The position numbers and the translations under genes are program-made. From Rhodosorus marinus CCMP1338 (taxonomy: Eukaryota; Plantae; Rhodophyta), in NCBI GenBank assembly GCA_029953675.1, contig JAMWBK010000003.1:2232001-2296000 (forward strand): DNA of 64,000 nt, written 5' to 3'. Positions 48,606 through 61,951 of this stretch are shown here, in pieces. The first letter of the stretch is position 1. Each line of letters starts with the position of its first letter. The notes beneath the pieces were generated by a model, which saw nothing but the letters and a program-made list of their open reading frames with translations, searched no databases and had not been told where the DNA came from.

Positions 48606-49940
48606 GCAACAACAAGAAAAACAAAAACAAGAGGGTCGAAGACAAGCCCCAAAAACGAAACACGGCAAACGTATACCTCGTTTCCCCGCTTCAAAACTTT
48701 CCAGAAATCCAGACGGGTTGTTTAATAAATGATCGTCAGTGAAGCTCTTCCTGCTGAATCCTAACAGAGCATCAATAACTTCAATGGCTTCCCCTTCTTT
48801 ACGACATCCCAAACCTCACTTTCCTTTCACATCCACTTCTAAATCAAGTCCACAACTACTTGTGACGTCGGACGCAGCAACGTCTCTGTCTACTTATCTA
48901 ATTTTAACTTCAAACAGTATATAAAAACAATCTATTTTGTTCCAAAAGATTATTAATTTGTCCACTAAGAGTTTTTTAATCAAAACATGTTGGAAAACTT
49001 TCTATTAGTTTCAAAAATATTGTACTTGTTTTTTGTTTTTTTGTAATATTTCGACTTGTATGTTTTAAGTCGGTAAGGAGGTCTACACCAACGTACTTGC
49101 TGAAGTTCGAGATGACGCTTGCGTGTGTCTAAAACGGACCGTGTAAAGATGTTTTATCAGATATAGAAGACATCCAAAGTGATTCGCGCTTCGTTTAGGT
49201 CACGGAGGTCCCGGTTTCTCATCACGTATTCGCAGCGAAGCTTCCCACCGCGGGACCCCGCGAGCATAATCTTCACCTGCGACGGCAGGCCGAATCCTGT
49301 AGTGATCTTTGCTAGTAAAAGCGACTCCTCGGAAACGCAAAAGTTTATTGCGTCGCGCCTCTCTGGAAGCGATCGGCGTGGACATAGCTATCCTAAGTCC
49401 AATCAACTTCAACTGAATTCAATCATAAACATACTGGGCATAGCAAAGCCGTGCTTGAGTGAAGCACAAGAGTTGTTCAAGTTGAGCGGATTACACATGC
49501 AAAGGCGCAATGTCATACTAGCAGAACCATTAGCTCGTTATTAGCTCAAACTAGCTCGGAAGTGATTACGCACGACTACTTCGTCTCAATGTGTCTCCTG
49601 AGTGAGATCGTGGCTTAGTGGCAGTGGACCCTCCAAGGCTCGTCCTGTTTGACTTACCCGCTTCGTGGTCTAGAGCTACGGAAAATCTTTGAGGTCCACG
49701 TCGCCTGTCTGATAGTCGGAAGTTGGCAGGTCCGAGCTCTGAATACGAAGAGGTTGATTTGGGTGATGATTGACTCGACCGTGCCCAGCAGCGAAAGAGC
49801 TCGTCAACATCGTGATGATGGGTTGGTACAGTCTCCGTCTGAGACCCTGCTAGTACATTGTTAATATGCGCATGCTATGGGTCCAGGCTTGTCTATCTTT
49901 TGTCAGTGTTGGATAGAATTCTGAACTAGTTTGATTAGGC

Positions 49941-50801
49941 TTAAATACTTTTCGAGTTCACTAGAGATCTAATTGTCTTGTTAGCATCCGGTCCGAGAGT
50001 TCCAACTTCGGCCATGCGTATTGCTGTAACGACGATTACGGTATCTGCTGGTGTTGAGGCGCGGACCCAGACTCTCCCGTTCGTTCCTATCACGCACTCG
50101 AAGCCCTTGGGTAGGGCCTCTCCAAGCGCGTTGAGCACGGCACAGGAGGGCTTGAGCAGACCTCTCGCGGAGGCCAGAGATACTTTAATCAGCTGTCCTC
50201 CACCAGTCAATTCTCCAAAGAGGGATTCGCCGCTGACCCAGCTCTTGGATGAACCAGGCTGGATGCAGGAGATCTCTGGCTCCATGACCTTGTCACAGGA
50301 CACGACCCTCGCATAAACCAGCGCGCCAGGGTTCAGATAGGGTCGGTTCCTTTTCGTTGCCCCTTCGAAGCTTAGGGATCCCAGTTGTGCTGCTTCATAG
50401 CTACCGATATCCACTCTGTACCCTTCCCCGTGCCTGTCAACAACAACTCCAATGACCATGTCTTCCAGAGCCGGCACATACTAGGAGATGAGACGAAATT
50501 AAGGCAATGAAGAAGGTTAATTGAAGGAAGGTTAAGTATGTTCCATCCGTGGGAGGCTATGCGCAATCATTCATACCCTCCTACCGGCGCTCTCAACCCA
50601 GATCTTCGATCTCTCCGCCTGCACCCGTACAAGCCCAGGCTTCATAGTTAAAATGGCGTCACCATCACGTCGAACTCCTGGTCCAAGTCTAACCAGGGAC
50701 GGCGCCGATCCTTCTTGTGCCTCCAACACTTTCGCAACAGGGTCGCCGGGGAAGACTGCCAGGCCCTCCTCGACCTTGAGCAAGAACCCCGTAGAAGGCA
50801 T
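49941..50801 (-). CDS. RRP40: Exosome complex subunit RRP40 (EXOSC3)
   Basis: PGD.V, RLGPG, YVPALEDMVIGVV, YRVDIG, L..LSFEGATKRNRP.L..G.LVYARV, E.SC, FGEL..G, GTNGRVWV. Confidence 0.93.
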
Positions 50802-51441
50802 CTACGGTGTCATAGACAAAACAAAAACCAAGAGCAGCAATACAAAGATAAATCTTGACAGCGTCCTAGAAAGAAGCAAGATATTGTCTGCTCTCTGAGC
50901 AACATGCGATGCTCTCACTGACTTCCTCATTGCTCACCCGCCGTTCGAACTCTTTCAATCCAGTTTAACCTCAAACAGCTCCGGACGGGGAAGCAGTTTT
51001 TGTTCAAACGAGAAGAGGACGATGCTATGGGCCTATGAATGAACAGGATAGGCTGATATAGAGTCAGTATTGGTGACCGTGACCACCAGATTATACTGCA
51101 CCCACACCATACAGCAAAGCCATCCACTTCAGATCCCCGTGCCCAGCTCCACCCGACCTAGTTAAGATTATCAGGCGTATATCTGAAAACTAAATTATTC
51201 CTTAAATTCAATTATACTACTTTGATCTTGCCCCAATACCACCATATTAAATTCTAAAGATCAATAAATATTTCCAGTTTCAAAAACACGGTTCATAATT
51301 TAGCTAGCCAAGAATCACCAAGATCACCTAATGTATTTCGTAAATATTCTTCTAAATCGTTCCCTTCCGTTCACGAACAACAAACCAAAACATGTTTATC
51401 GAAACAATAATTACTTTTAATACGAGATTAAGAAGTACTAT

Positions 51442-51900
51442 TATATACTAAAAGTCTTTTGTACAATTCTTATGCAATCCCGGCTCGGGCTGTGTACGAA
51501 CGAAACAGAAAAAATGTTTTCGAAGAACAATTGCCAGATTCGGCTTGATGCACCAATAAATACTATGCCATGTACAATTCTCGTTTGCAAATGAGACACG
51601 CGTTTTCTCGTTCGTTCGGTTTTTATAGACAATTTTTCTTCAGTTTTTTTGGACGGGACGGATTGAAAAGTACTAATATGTACTAAAACTCTTGTGTACA
51701 ATTCTTAGGCACTCCCCGCCTGTGTACGAACGAAATAGAAAAAATGTTTTCGAAGAATAATTGCAGGATTGGGTTTGATTTCAGTTGTACTAATAGATAC
51801 TATGCTCATGTACAATTCTTGTTTGCAGTGACACACGCGTTTTCTGGTTCGTTCGGTTTTTTTCGCGAAGTTTTCTTCAGTTTTTTTGGACGGGACGGTG
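51442..51900. repeat. Two-copy ~235-bp tandem duplication with internal subrepeat and imperfect inverted repeat
   Basis: Long shared blocks (TGTGTACGAACGAAA.AGAAAAAATGTTTTCGAAGAA; TTTTCTTCAGTTTTTTTGGACGGGACGG). TGTACAATTCT at 51460, 51571, 51695 and 51809. Confidence 0.9.
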
Positions 51901-52044
51901 GAGACATTGTGTAAGAGATATAGATATGGAGAGAAAAAGCTTCTGGACGGTTGGAAGGGGTTGGGGGATTTGGTGGGGTGGGAGGGAGGCGGAGAGAAGA
52001 GTGTGGTTGGTTGGTTGGTGGGAATTTAGGTTAGTTTTGGTAAT

Positions 52045-54744
52045 ATGGAGGGTGCATATGCGCGGATAGTACCGGCTGCGCCTGTGTTTTACCCTACTCA
52101 GGAAGAGTTCCTGGATCCTTTGGCTTACATTCGTCAGATTCGGGCTGAGGCATCTGTACATGGGATATGTAAGATTATCCCGCCCAAGGGATGGGATCCT
52201 CCGTGTCTCGTGAATGATTCTTTGAACTTCTGCACGACTCTGCAATCGCTGCACAAGCTGAAGGACCGCTCGCCCGCGCCAGAGCAGTTTATGAGGAGGC
52301 TGAAGTTGTTTCATAGGGATGAGAGGAAGAATTTTAGGTTGAGACAGGAACAGGGTACTGAAAACGGGGAGAGGCAGCCCCATCCCCGCTTGAAATTTCC
52401 ACCAAGAGTAAGCGTTACGGATCAGCATGGGACCGGAGTCGATCTGTGCGCCTTGTTCAACGAAGTGCGGACAAACTGCGATGGCGGGACAGTTTCGTGG
52501 GACAAAGTGGCCCACAATCTGAAGTAAGCAATCCAGCAAGCGGAAATTGCGAACGGAAATGAGCTCTGGCTCTAATCGGTTTTGCTTTGGTTGGCTTCCT
52601 CTGTGCAACCAAAAATTGAAGATTGTTTCACGCAAGGAACCCAAAGGAGCTGGAAATGATCTACGAGCTCTACCTGTCAAAGTATGAACAAAGGGTCAGC
52701 AAGGACGGCGATAATTTTCTAGAAGATTTCGAGAAGCACCTCGTGAAGGAGCGGCAAGAGGAGAAAGCAAAACTTGCAACTGACGCGGCTGTTGTGGACC
52801 TAACCTGTCACAAATGTGAAAGCGGAAAAGATGACGAACAGCTGCTCATATGCGATTCGTACGTTTGCTGCAGTGCTTCTGAACTAAGAAACAAACTGCC
52901 CCCGTGACCGGTGGTTAACATATGTCATCTTTGAAAACCTACACAGGTGCGATACTGGTTGGCATATGTTCTGTATGACACCCCCAATGAAACGATTGCC
53001 TCCGGAGGATGAGCTCTGGTTTTGTCCCAATTGCGATCCTGGAGCAGGAAAGGAGTTTGGTTTTGACGTAGGCGAAGAGTGAGTCACAGCAAACATCTGA
53101 TTTTGGTTTTTCGATCGACGTTTTCTGACTCCTCTGACTTGCCTACTTCAGTTTCTCCTTGGAAGAATTCAAGGAATACGCCACGGCCATCAGGAACAAC
53201 TGGTTCCACGATCTCGGACGTGAGCCTACTATTGACGAAATTGAGGAGCAGTACTGGAAGGTCTCCCGCGAAGCCGAGAGATTGGTGTACATTCCTTATG
53301 GATCAGATTTGGACACGCGCGAGGTGGGGAGTGGGTTTCCAAACCCCAGAAATGAAAAACATTCCGGGGGTGAGTATGATGAGTATCTTCGATGCCCCTG
53401 GAACTTGAATATTTTCCCCGAACTCAACGGGTCGCTGCTGAGCTATCTCACGGAAAGCATTAAGGGAGTGACTGTTCCTTGGCTATACCTTGGAATGATG
53501 TTTTCCAGCTTCTGCTATCACACGGAGGACTCTTACATGTACTCCATTAACTACCATCACTTCGGGTCGCCAAAGGTATAATCCAAATCAGTGATCAGGA
53601 TGTGAAGGCAATCGGCGGAGTTTCGCTTCAACTCACAGAATTGTACCAGCGCTAATGCCGTTTGTCTTTGTGCCCCTGCAGATATGGTATGGGACTTCAG
53701 GCGGAAAGGGCGCAGCCCACTTTGAAGCCGCGATGAGATCTGCGGCACCAAAGCTGTTCGATGCAAATCCGGGCCTTTTTTACCACCTTACCACAATGGT
53801 TTCTCCCATAGACCTCTTGAATAGGGGGGCAAAGGTTGTCCGCGCCGTGCAAAACCCGGGCGAGTTTATTATGACCTTCCCCCAAGCTTACCATGGCGGA
53901 TTTTCGACCGGATTTAACTGTGCGGAGGCGGTAAGTATTCTCTTAAAAGCAATTTTGCTTGAGCAAATGAAACATGGCTTCGTGGTGCCGCCGCTACTTC
54001 TCCGCAATGCTTTGTTCTCAAGTCCGAGCATGGTTGTCCAGGTTAATTTCATTACCGCGGACTGGATTCCGTTCGGCCGCGCAGCCTCAGCGAGGTACAA
54101 AATACACAAGTGGGAGCCCGTATTCTGCCATGAAGAAATCATTCTCCGAACCGTCTTCTCACCGTACTTTAAGAGAAAAACTTTCCCACGAGACGCAAAG
54201 CTTCTCTACGCTGAGCTCGCGCATGTGAGTTGTTCTTGTCCCTACCTCTTCCCATGGCCGCATCTAATGCAGGGAACCTCCTCCCGCGTTCTTCTGCAGA
54301 TTGTCGCTCGGGAGCGAGCTCTGAGAGAGAAAATGCTTTTCGGCATCCCCACGAGGCGCCGGATTGACCCTAGCGCCTTAAAACACAAAATATGTGAAGA
54401 ATGCAAACAGATTCCGTTTCTCTCTGCAGTGGAGCTTAGAAACCCGGACACTCGCGATAAAGCCTATTTCTGCTCCGAACACTGGACAACTTTGCAGAAG
54501 GAAGCAAGGGAGGAGTTCGTTGCTTTGTATACTCACACGGACGAGGAATTGAAACAGGTTGGTTCTACAAGTTGTGATTCAGAGAGTTAACCATTGGTAT
54601 TGAACAGCTAGCAACTCACAGAGCAGGTTTGCATTGTTTTCATTACAGGCATTGACTAAGGTGAAGGAAGCCAGCATCAGCCACAGAAAAATTGCCAAGA
54701 AGGAAATCTTCCCCGTTCCCCAGCAGCCCATTATTATTGACTAG
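52045..54744 (+). CDS. KDM5/JARID1-type H3K4 demethylase (JmjN-ARID-PHD-JmjC-C5HC2)
   Basis: APVFYPT.EEF.DPL.YI..I; ARID; PHD C..C..G.D..LLICD.CD.GWH..C..W.C..C; PWNLN; MFSSFCYHTED..YSINY.H.G.PK.WYG; QNPGEF..TFPQAYHGGF..GFNCAEAVNF. Confidence 0.92.
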
Positions 54745-55220
54745 AAGAGCGGCGCGAGGCTTGGGGAGGACTGAGCAGGTGCTGATGGTCAACTAACTTT
54801 CTCGATGGCGCCCTACAAGAGAATGTGAATAGGGGCGTGCGTGCAAGCAAATAAGCAACTCAAAATCGACGCGTCAGTTTAATTGGTGATTATTAATTGA
54901 GAAGAGTGAAGGCAAACTAAGATTAGCGTTAGGAGGTCGTCCTTGTAGCTATTGCAATCCTGAGGAGATTGGGACCCACAACAAGCGAGCTCTCCGCACC
55001 ATACAAGGACGGGGCTTGTGGATTCTGCGCAGCGAAACATGAGCTCGTCCGAGAGATGCGGCAGGGTACGTTCAACAAGCATACTCGCCCAGCTCTCGCT
55101 GTTTCGACGTGATCCAGCTCCTGGTGGGAGCAGGCTCGAGGCCCACTTCTTCCTCTTCCATTGATGTAGCGTGCGCCCCTCTCACAAAGGCTCACAACCA
55201 AAGGTCAAACTCGAGCGACT

Positions 55221-56768
55221 TTATGACCCCATCGAAACCCCAATCGAGTACTGACGCGGGTTGTCTGCGGACTTCCGCATTTCCACCGTGGCCTCCACCT
55301 TTTCTGATGCCTTAACTTGATACTCCCCGCCGAGCATGAACAGACTCTGTTTCCAGTGCGTAGCAGGTGCATGCGGAGACGTGCTAAGAGGGTCACCGTT
55401 CCCCATTCTCACGTCGAAGAAGCAGCAGATGCCATGGAACGAACTGTCTCTCGCCTAGATCGATTTACGAGATCAATGAGAACCCTCAGTTTCCCCTTTA
55501 AGCTCCGGTCCAGCTTAAAAGAGTTCAAAACTCAGGAGTTGGTCCTGAAACCAACCCACAATCGGAGCGGGCAGTACGAGCAACTTACGACAGTGAATAC
55601 TATCTTTCTCTCAAGATGAGCGAGCTCAGAGGAGGTGACAGTCGTGAGGTCAAAAGCGGCGTACTCAGCAACGTCCGAAATGAGATTTTCTGGCTTGACA
55701 ACCTCACAAGTAGGGCTTCCAATGAGCTTCATGATCGCCATATTCTTCAACTAAGTGATCAAAACGGGGTTCCAGAAAAAGCACACAGGTCAATGAGGAC
55801 ATGAGAGGCATCCTGTATGAATCAGTCTGAGTGCGTGAATACCGATGACATGTCGTAACCATAGACGTTGTCCCAGAAAGAAACGCGCTCACGGTATAAG
55901 TCTGGAACAGACACTAGAGACAAGAAAATCTTCGCTTGAGATGGGACCATGGTTCCTCCAGGCTTCAGAAACTTGTCCCTGCTAAGGATGACGGAGTCCA
56001 ACATTGACTCGTGGAGCAGGTAGAAACCCATCCATTCAGACACGATTACGTCGACCTGCAGGGGAGAGGAAGACTAGGGTCAATCAGGACGGATACAAAG
56101 ATTAGCAGCGTTTCCTGTCTTCCTTGTAAACACCTCCCCGAGCTCAAGATCCTCGACCTTGGTTGAGTGAACGCTTCCATCTACTTTGTTGGTCTTGAAC
56201 GTCTGGGCCAACGCTTTGACCATCAGAGGAGCTGCTTCTACGGCATGAACGTATTTGGCCCCAGCGCTTGCAGCTGATAGAGAGAGAATTCCGGACCCGG
56301 CACCGACATCCAGAACGGATTTGTTATTCAAGTTGAGACTCGAGATCATCTTCATATACCATTCAGTTCTCGGTTTGTCCAAGAGCATCAGTCGATGCAC
56401 CTGCAAGATGAGTTTTGAGCATCCAACCTCCACACTGCTTGGGGATCAACGACGGCAGGTTGCATTGTGTATTTGGATCTTACTTCAACGTCTTCGTAGG
56501 AACTATAGTAAGGATCAACTACCGAGATCTGGTTGATGTCATCGTGAACGTCAAGGACAACCACGGAATATTCTTTGCCAGAGATCTGAGCGTTATAAAA
56601 TTTTCGAGCTTCCTTCTCGTCGTCGGCGGAGATCCTGCGCTTCCACAGATCGGCGGATTCGCTCTCCGCAAGGGTCCGAAGCTTATCTACAGACTCATCT
56701 CCCTTCTCCACGCGCAGAAAGATGTTCACGTTGCCGTTCGCTTGCTCATCTACACGTTCGATTTTCAT
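55221..56768 (-). CDS. Type I protein arginine methyltransferase
   Basis: YY.SY....VH..ML.D..RT..Y, VLDVGAGSGILS, AVEA, VDVIVSEWMGFYLLHESML, FLKPGG, THWKQ loop. Confidence 0.9.
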
Positions 56769-57364
56769 CGTTTGTCCTCTGTGCTAGTTTTCACTTCAGC
56801 ATATTCTTTCGTCAGCATGGTCTATCTCCTCATATATCGATAAGCGGCTGCATCAGCTCCACCGCAAAAGAAGGTTTTCTAACGAGGGCGTTTGCCAAGA
56901 TCCGTACGGAACTATGAGACAATTGTTATCCAGAAATGAGATCAACTGAACTGGGTAGGATGATCGTTAATCAGGAGATTAAGCACTCGCCTGTGGACCA
57001 ACTAGTATGCCAAAAACGTAAACGACTGCCAGGGTTAGGCGAGAGGGTCGTCAGCTGATTAGGTGATTTCGCACTACGACGTAGAGGCTAGGACCCTGTC
57101 TTCGCTCGCGCAGTTGTGTCCCTTTTAATTTTTGGTTTCAGACGTTCCGGTAGAGCTCCGATGCTGGCTATGCCTCACGAGGTGCCTGCCTCGCTGTAGC
57201 GCGAAACCTCGGAGCTGGAGCAGATACTGGTCTGCACACCCCTCCCAATCCACATCCGCTAGGAGAAAAGACCAAAAAAAATTCACTTACCCGTCCAAAT
57301 TTTAGGATTTGATAGCTGTATTTGTTATATACAGATTGACTGTTTCGATAGTAGACCCTTATCA

Positions 57365-57688
57365 TTGCAAAACGTTTCTGGACACTCCGTCACCAGGATC
57401 GTGAAGGAGGAAGAGCATCAGTCGGCGTTCAACTATATAGAACGACGCTTGCTCGACATACGAACAAGAGCTGTATGTGGTGGTGCTCGCAGTTGCGCAC
57501 TGAGAGGCATTCTCCAGACAAGCATGCCAAAGCTCAACCGCATAGAGCTCCATTTTCGCAAATTCGAGTTCGCGTCGTCCTGCTCATTAAGAGCTTGTGC
57601 GAGTGACAAAACCCGATTTAGTACGCAGGAGCTTCCCCCGGACCGTACTGCAAGCGGCACCCCACGCCTCGTTGATACTGGTATGTAG
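57365..57688 (+). pseudogene. Possible frameshifted PHO80/cyclin-U (P-type cyclin) remnant
   Basis: TRIVK..AFNYIER and KLNRIELHFRKFEF resemble cyclin-U helices. The intervening helix appears in another frame (ELYVVVLAVAH*). Confidence 0.3.
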
Positions 57689-59075
57689 TGACTCCCACAA
57701 GATGGATTCGAGGACCTAGTTGAACAAGTGATGGTCTGATCTAGTAAACGAAAACTTGCGTCGCCTGCTCGGGCCTACGCGACATCATGCTTCAACTTTG
57801 AGAGACACCGAACCCTAGCAGCTTTCGGTACTGGACACATTCCAGTATTTATATTGAATTTAGAAATACTTTCTCCCTCATCATGAAATGTCCTGTTCTC
57901 ATCATCAATTTCGCCCTTATCCAGTTTTCACAATAAAATTACAGCCCAAAAGAAAAAAAGTTCCTTAAAATATTCAAAAACAAATCGGTTAGCAGTTGGT
58001 ATCCAGAGCATGACCCCAGGGGGTAATGAAACTAGTCTTCCACCGATGCGTCTTTTCATTACGAAAGAAAATACCCCTTTAAAATCCTTGTGGCATTACC
58101 TTTTACTGCATAATGAAAATATTTATGAAAATATTTATGACGAAAAAATGTTTAGCAGGGAGAAATTATTTACCCCTCCTAAAGAGTTCACTGATCGGTG
58201 CACGTTTTGCGTCTACGAAACATGGGTATTGACAAGGGGGGGAAGGGGGAAGCTTCGGGGGTTTTGGAAAACCGAAAATAATATCTTGAATTTGTTTTTT
58301 GGTTAAACTATTGACGGTGTCCCATGCACTGAAATTCTTCGCTCGTTGGAGAGGGGGGGGGAAGGCGGTTGGGAATTACGTTGGCATTCGCCTCATTGCA
58401 ACTGAAGTGTAGAGTTCAGTTGCTAGGTAGAGCGGCAGAGAGCGTATGGGATCGGGCAACTCGAGAAGCCGACGCACGTAGTATGCACGGGTTGTTCCCA
58501 AAGAGTTTTCTCAGTTTCGTCTGCAACGTGGGGAAAGAAAACCTGCTCGGTTTTAGGATCACCCGCTCCCCTCTCCTCACTGGCGCGTGCAGAATGGCCT
58601 GGACTGTTCCAAATTTTTTTTCTGTTCTTCAGCGGGATCTCAGCTTTTGAGAAATCAGCGAACAGATACTGTCCACAGTCTGGTGGCTAAAGGAGCACAT
58701 TCCCAGACAAAGAGTCTATTCCTCTCCTTGTTCAGTTGAGGCTGAGCATATCAAGTCTCAGGTATTGAAGCAGCATTGGAAAGTAGTGATCTTCTCAAGG
58801 CTCGCGAAAGGTGCTTGTTTACTAGACGCACTACGGCGATTTCGTCATCTCTTCCCCTGTAAATCTGCACTTCGGAAACCCTAAGCTATTTCCCCGCTCC
58901 AGGAATGTACTTGTTCACTTGTTCAATAGGGTTTTGCCCCGTTGCTGCGTTGAGGAGGTCCAAAGGTGTAGGGCTTCATCGACGACGACGAAAGAGCGAA
59001 ACGTTTTGTTTGAGAGGGGCCGGTTTCGGAAGTTTTGGTTGTATTGCTGTTCCAAGGTTCCGTTGTTCAGAAAAG

Positions 59076-61278
59076 ATGGCTTTTGTGACGAGTTTGGCAC
59101 CGCCAAGGAGGGTTGGGAAGGCCGAGGTAAGGTAACCGGCGTTCGACAGGAGCGCTAAAGAACGACGCCAAAACCCTTTTTTGACGTGATTCTCGTCGTC
59201 GATCGCTCTATAGGTCACTAGAGCGAGGAGGGGTAAGAACGTGGTTGTCGCTATCGAGCGTCAGGGCGGACATGCTGCGGCTGATCCTGAAGCGGTAGTC
59301 TCCACTGACGTGATTGAGTATCCTTCCCCTGAAGGACCTTTTTGTGAGCTGGGCCATCTGTCAGAGGTGAGAAAAGGTTCCTACAACTTTGAAGTTGCGT
59401 TGAAAAAGTTCTGATTAAGCTTATTTCTTCGAAACAGGTTGCTCATCTTACGGACTACTTGCCCGATTTGGAGGTGTATAAGAATCCAGCTGCTGGGAGA
59501 GAGTTCATCAACAGGTACAGCACGCTCTGCGCCTCCTGACTCCCGAAGAGTAGTTTGCTTAAAGATTGTTAACTTTGACAGATATTTCGTGGATAACGGC
59601 GATGCGGTCATGAAGCAAGTGGTCATGAATGCTACCAAACCGCGCGACATGACTATGTACATGCGTGCAGGTCCTCGTGAGTCCGTTTACTTCCATCCGG
59701 ATGAAGTTCGTGCTGCCATTGTCAGCTGCGGTGTACGTATTGCTGCAGAGCGGTTCCGGGAAGAGATCCTTCGGAAGAGCTCATTCGCTTTGTTTCTTGT
59801 ACATGTTTAGGGAATCTGTCCAGGAATCAACACAGTTATCAGAGAAGTGGTTGAGAACTTATGGTATGAATATGGTGTGAGAAGCATATTCGGTGTGCAA
59901 AATGGGTACCGAGGATTCTACAGCAAAAATTGGAAGACAATGAACCCTGAAATGGTCGACCAAATCCACAAGCAGGGAGGAACTATTCTTGGTAGTTCGC
60001 GTGGAGGATTCGACTGCAGAAAGATCATGGACGCACTGGAAACTCGAGGAATTAATCATGTAAGCTATGAGTCGATGCGTCATTATTTGTTTTTGGGCAC
60101 TGCGTTGACTGGAAATTAAACACTTTGCGAGCTAGGTGTACATCATCGGCGGTGATGGTACTATACGAGGAGCAAACATCCTAGCGTCTGAAGCGAAGAA
60201 GAGGTTTTTGAAACTGTCTGTTGTTTCTGTCCCAAAGACAATTGACAACGATATTCCCGTGATTGATCGATCTTTCGGTTTCGAAACCGCGGTTGAAGGC
60301 GCGCTGCGTGCGATTAACGCAGCCTGCGTGGAAGCTCAGAGTTTCCCAAACGGACTTGGACTGGTTAAGCTGATGGGAAGAAACAGTGGTTTCATCGCTA
60401 TGCACGCGACGTTGTCCAGTCGGGATGTTGTAAGTTATCAGAAGACCAGTGTGCATGAATTTCCAGCTCGTGCAGAGAAGTGCTGACGATCTTGTCAACG
60501 TTGTTTGTGCTCAGGATGTGTGCTTGATACCAGAGGTTCCGTTCCAAATGGATGGACCCTGTGGACTAAACGCATACGTGGAAAAACGACTCAAGGAAAG
60601 AGGACGATGTATTGTTGTTGTCGCGGAAGGAGCGGGACAGGATATCGTCGAGGACAAGAGAACGATTGTACGGGACAGATCCGGCAACCGTCTCTTGAGT
60701 GACATCGGGCTGTACCTTTACAATGAACTGAAGCTGTACTTCCAGCAGAAAGAAACGGAGGTGAGTCCAACCGCTAAAAATCCGATCGAAGCCGAAGAAA
60801 ACGCTTCTGGAAGACTGACTCTTTGGGGTGAAATCTGTGCTTTGGAAACATCAGATTAATCTCAAGTACATAGATCCGACGTATATGATTCGAGCTGTGC
60901 CTGCAAATGCTGCGGATAACCTATACTGTACAATGCTTGCGCACATGGCTGTGCACGGAGCTTTTGCTGGCTTCACCGCGTTTACCATTGGGCCCGTGAA
61001 CGGGTTCCATGCATACATTCCACTAGCGGACGTGACGAACTTGCAGAACAAGGTGGATATCGTGGATAGAAACTGGCTTCGACTGGTAGGTTGAACAGCC
61101 ATGTATCGAACAAGCTGTTTTGGAACTCTTTAGCGTTTGGATTATGCTCACTGTTTACCAACACTTGTGCCTTTAGGTTGCCTCAACTGGACAGTCGGAA
61201 ATGATGGACACCAGCCTGGCCGGTTCTGATTCTAATGGCACTGAGCCTGAAGCTGAGCCTGATTTTCTCACCGCATAA
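59076..61278 (+). CDS. PFK: ATP-dependent 6-phosphofructokinase (plant/algal PFKA group), plastid-targeted
   Basis: MAFVTS transit peptide, [26 protein letters not shown] (ATP-type), [45 protein letters not shown]. Many introns. Confidence 0.95.
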
Positions 61279-61951
61279 ATTTGTGACCACTTCAGTTAAG
61301 CAAAAAAAAATCGCGTTTGTAGCGACTGTAAGAATTGGAGCGTTACTCTGTCCCATGTTGGCTTTGTTTTATTCAGACAAGAGTTCCTTTTAGCAGTTGT
61401 GGGATTTGAGATTTGCTAAATCCCAGTAAAGGAGCTAATGACCTTTAACAATCGATTCCGAGTCATGCGCGGCAAAGTGGCTTGAGATCTTGAGGTTGCA
61501 GGCAGTGGCGAACGGACTGCAGGAGAAATCCGGATGCGTCGTTTGGACCTTCCTAACTGAGGACTTCAGCCTCACGAAGGTGCTGACTGTGCTCCCCAAT
61601 GGCCAGCTAGTGGAGCAAGCATCTGTTTGATACTCAGCCCGGTGCGAAAGCGCTGGCCAAGGCGAAAAACGATGCATCTATTGGGTGTGTGCGCAAATGA
61701 GCTGAACAAGATTCGTACCGCTTTCGCTACAATTTGTCTCAGATTGCGTCATTAGGTTCTTTTGAATAGCTACTGGATCACCATCGAGAGATGATCGAGC
61801 CTGCCGTCCTTTCCCCCTATTTAGCGAAAGACTCTTCACAAGCTCAGAGTGGGGTTTAACAGCAACGGGTCTGAACTTGGCCTTGCTGAAGCGACGACAT
61901 CATCCAGGGACATCGATGATGCGGAAGCAAAACTATCTTTATATTTCCACT

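Noticed and set aside
49200-49412. CCT-motif-like stretch REARRNKLLRFR..FTSKDHYRIR..VA
   Set aside because: The central basic residues and the terminal GRF/GQF are missing, and there is no good start. Too weak to call.
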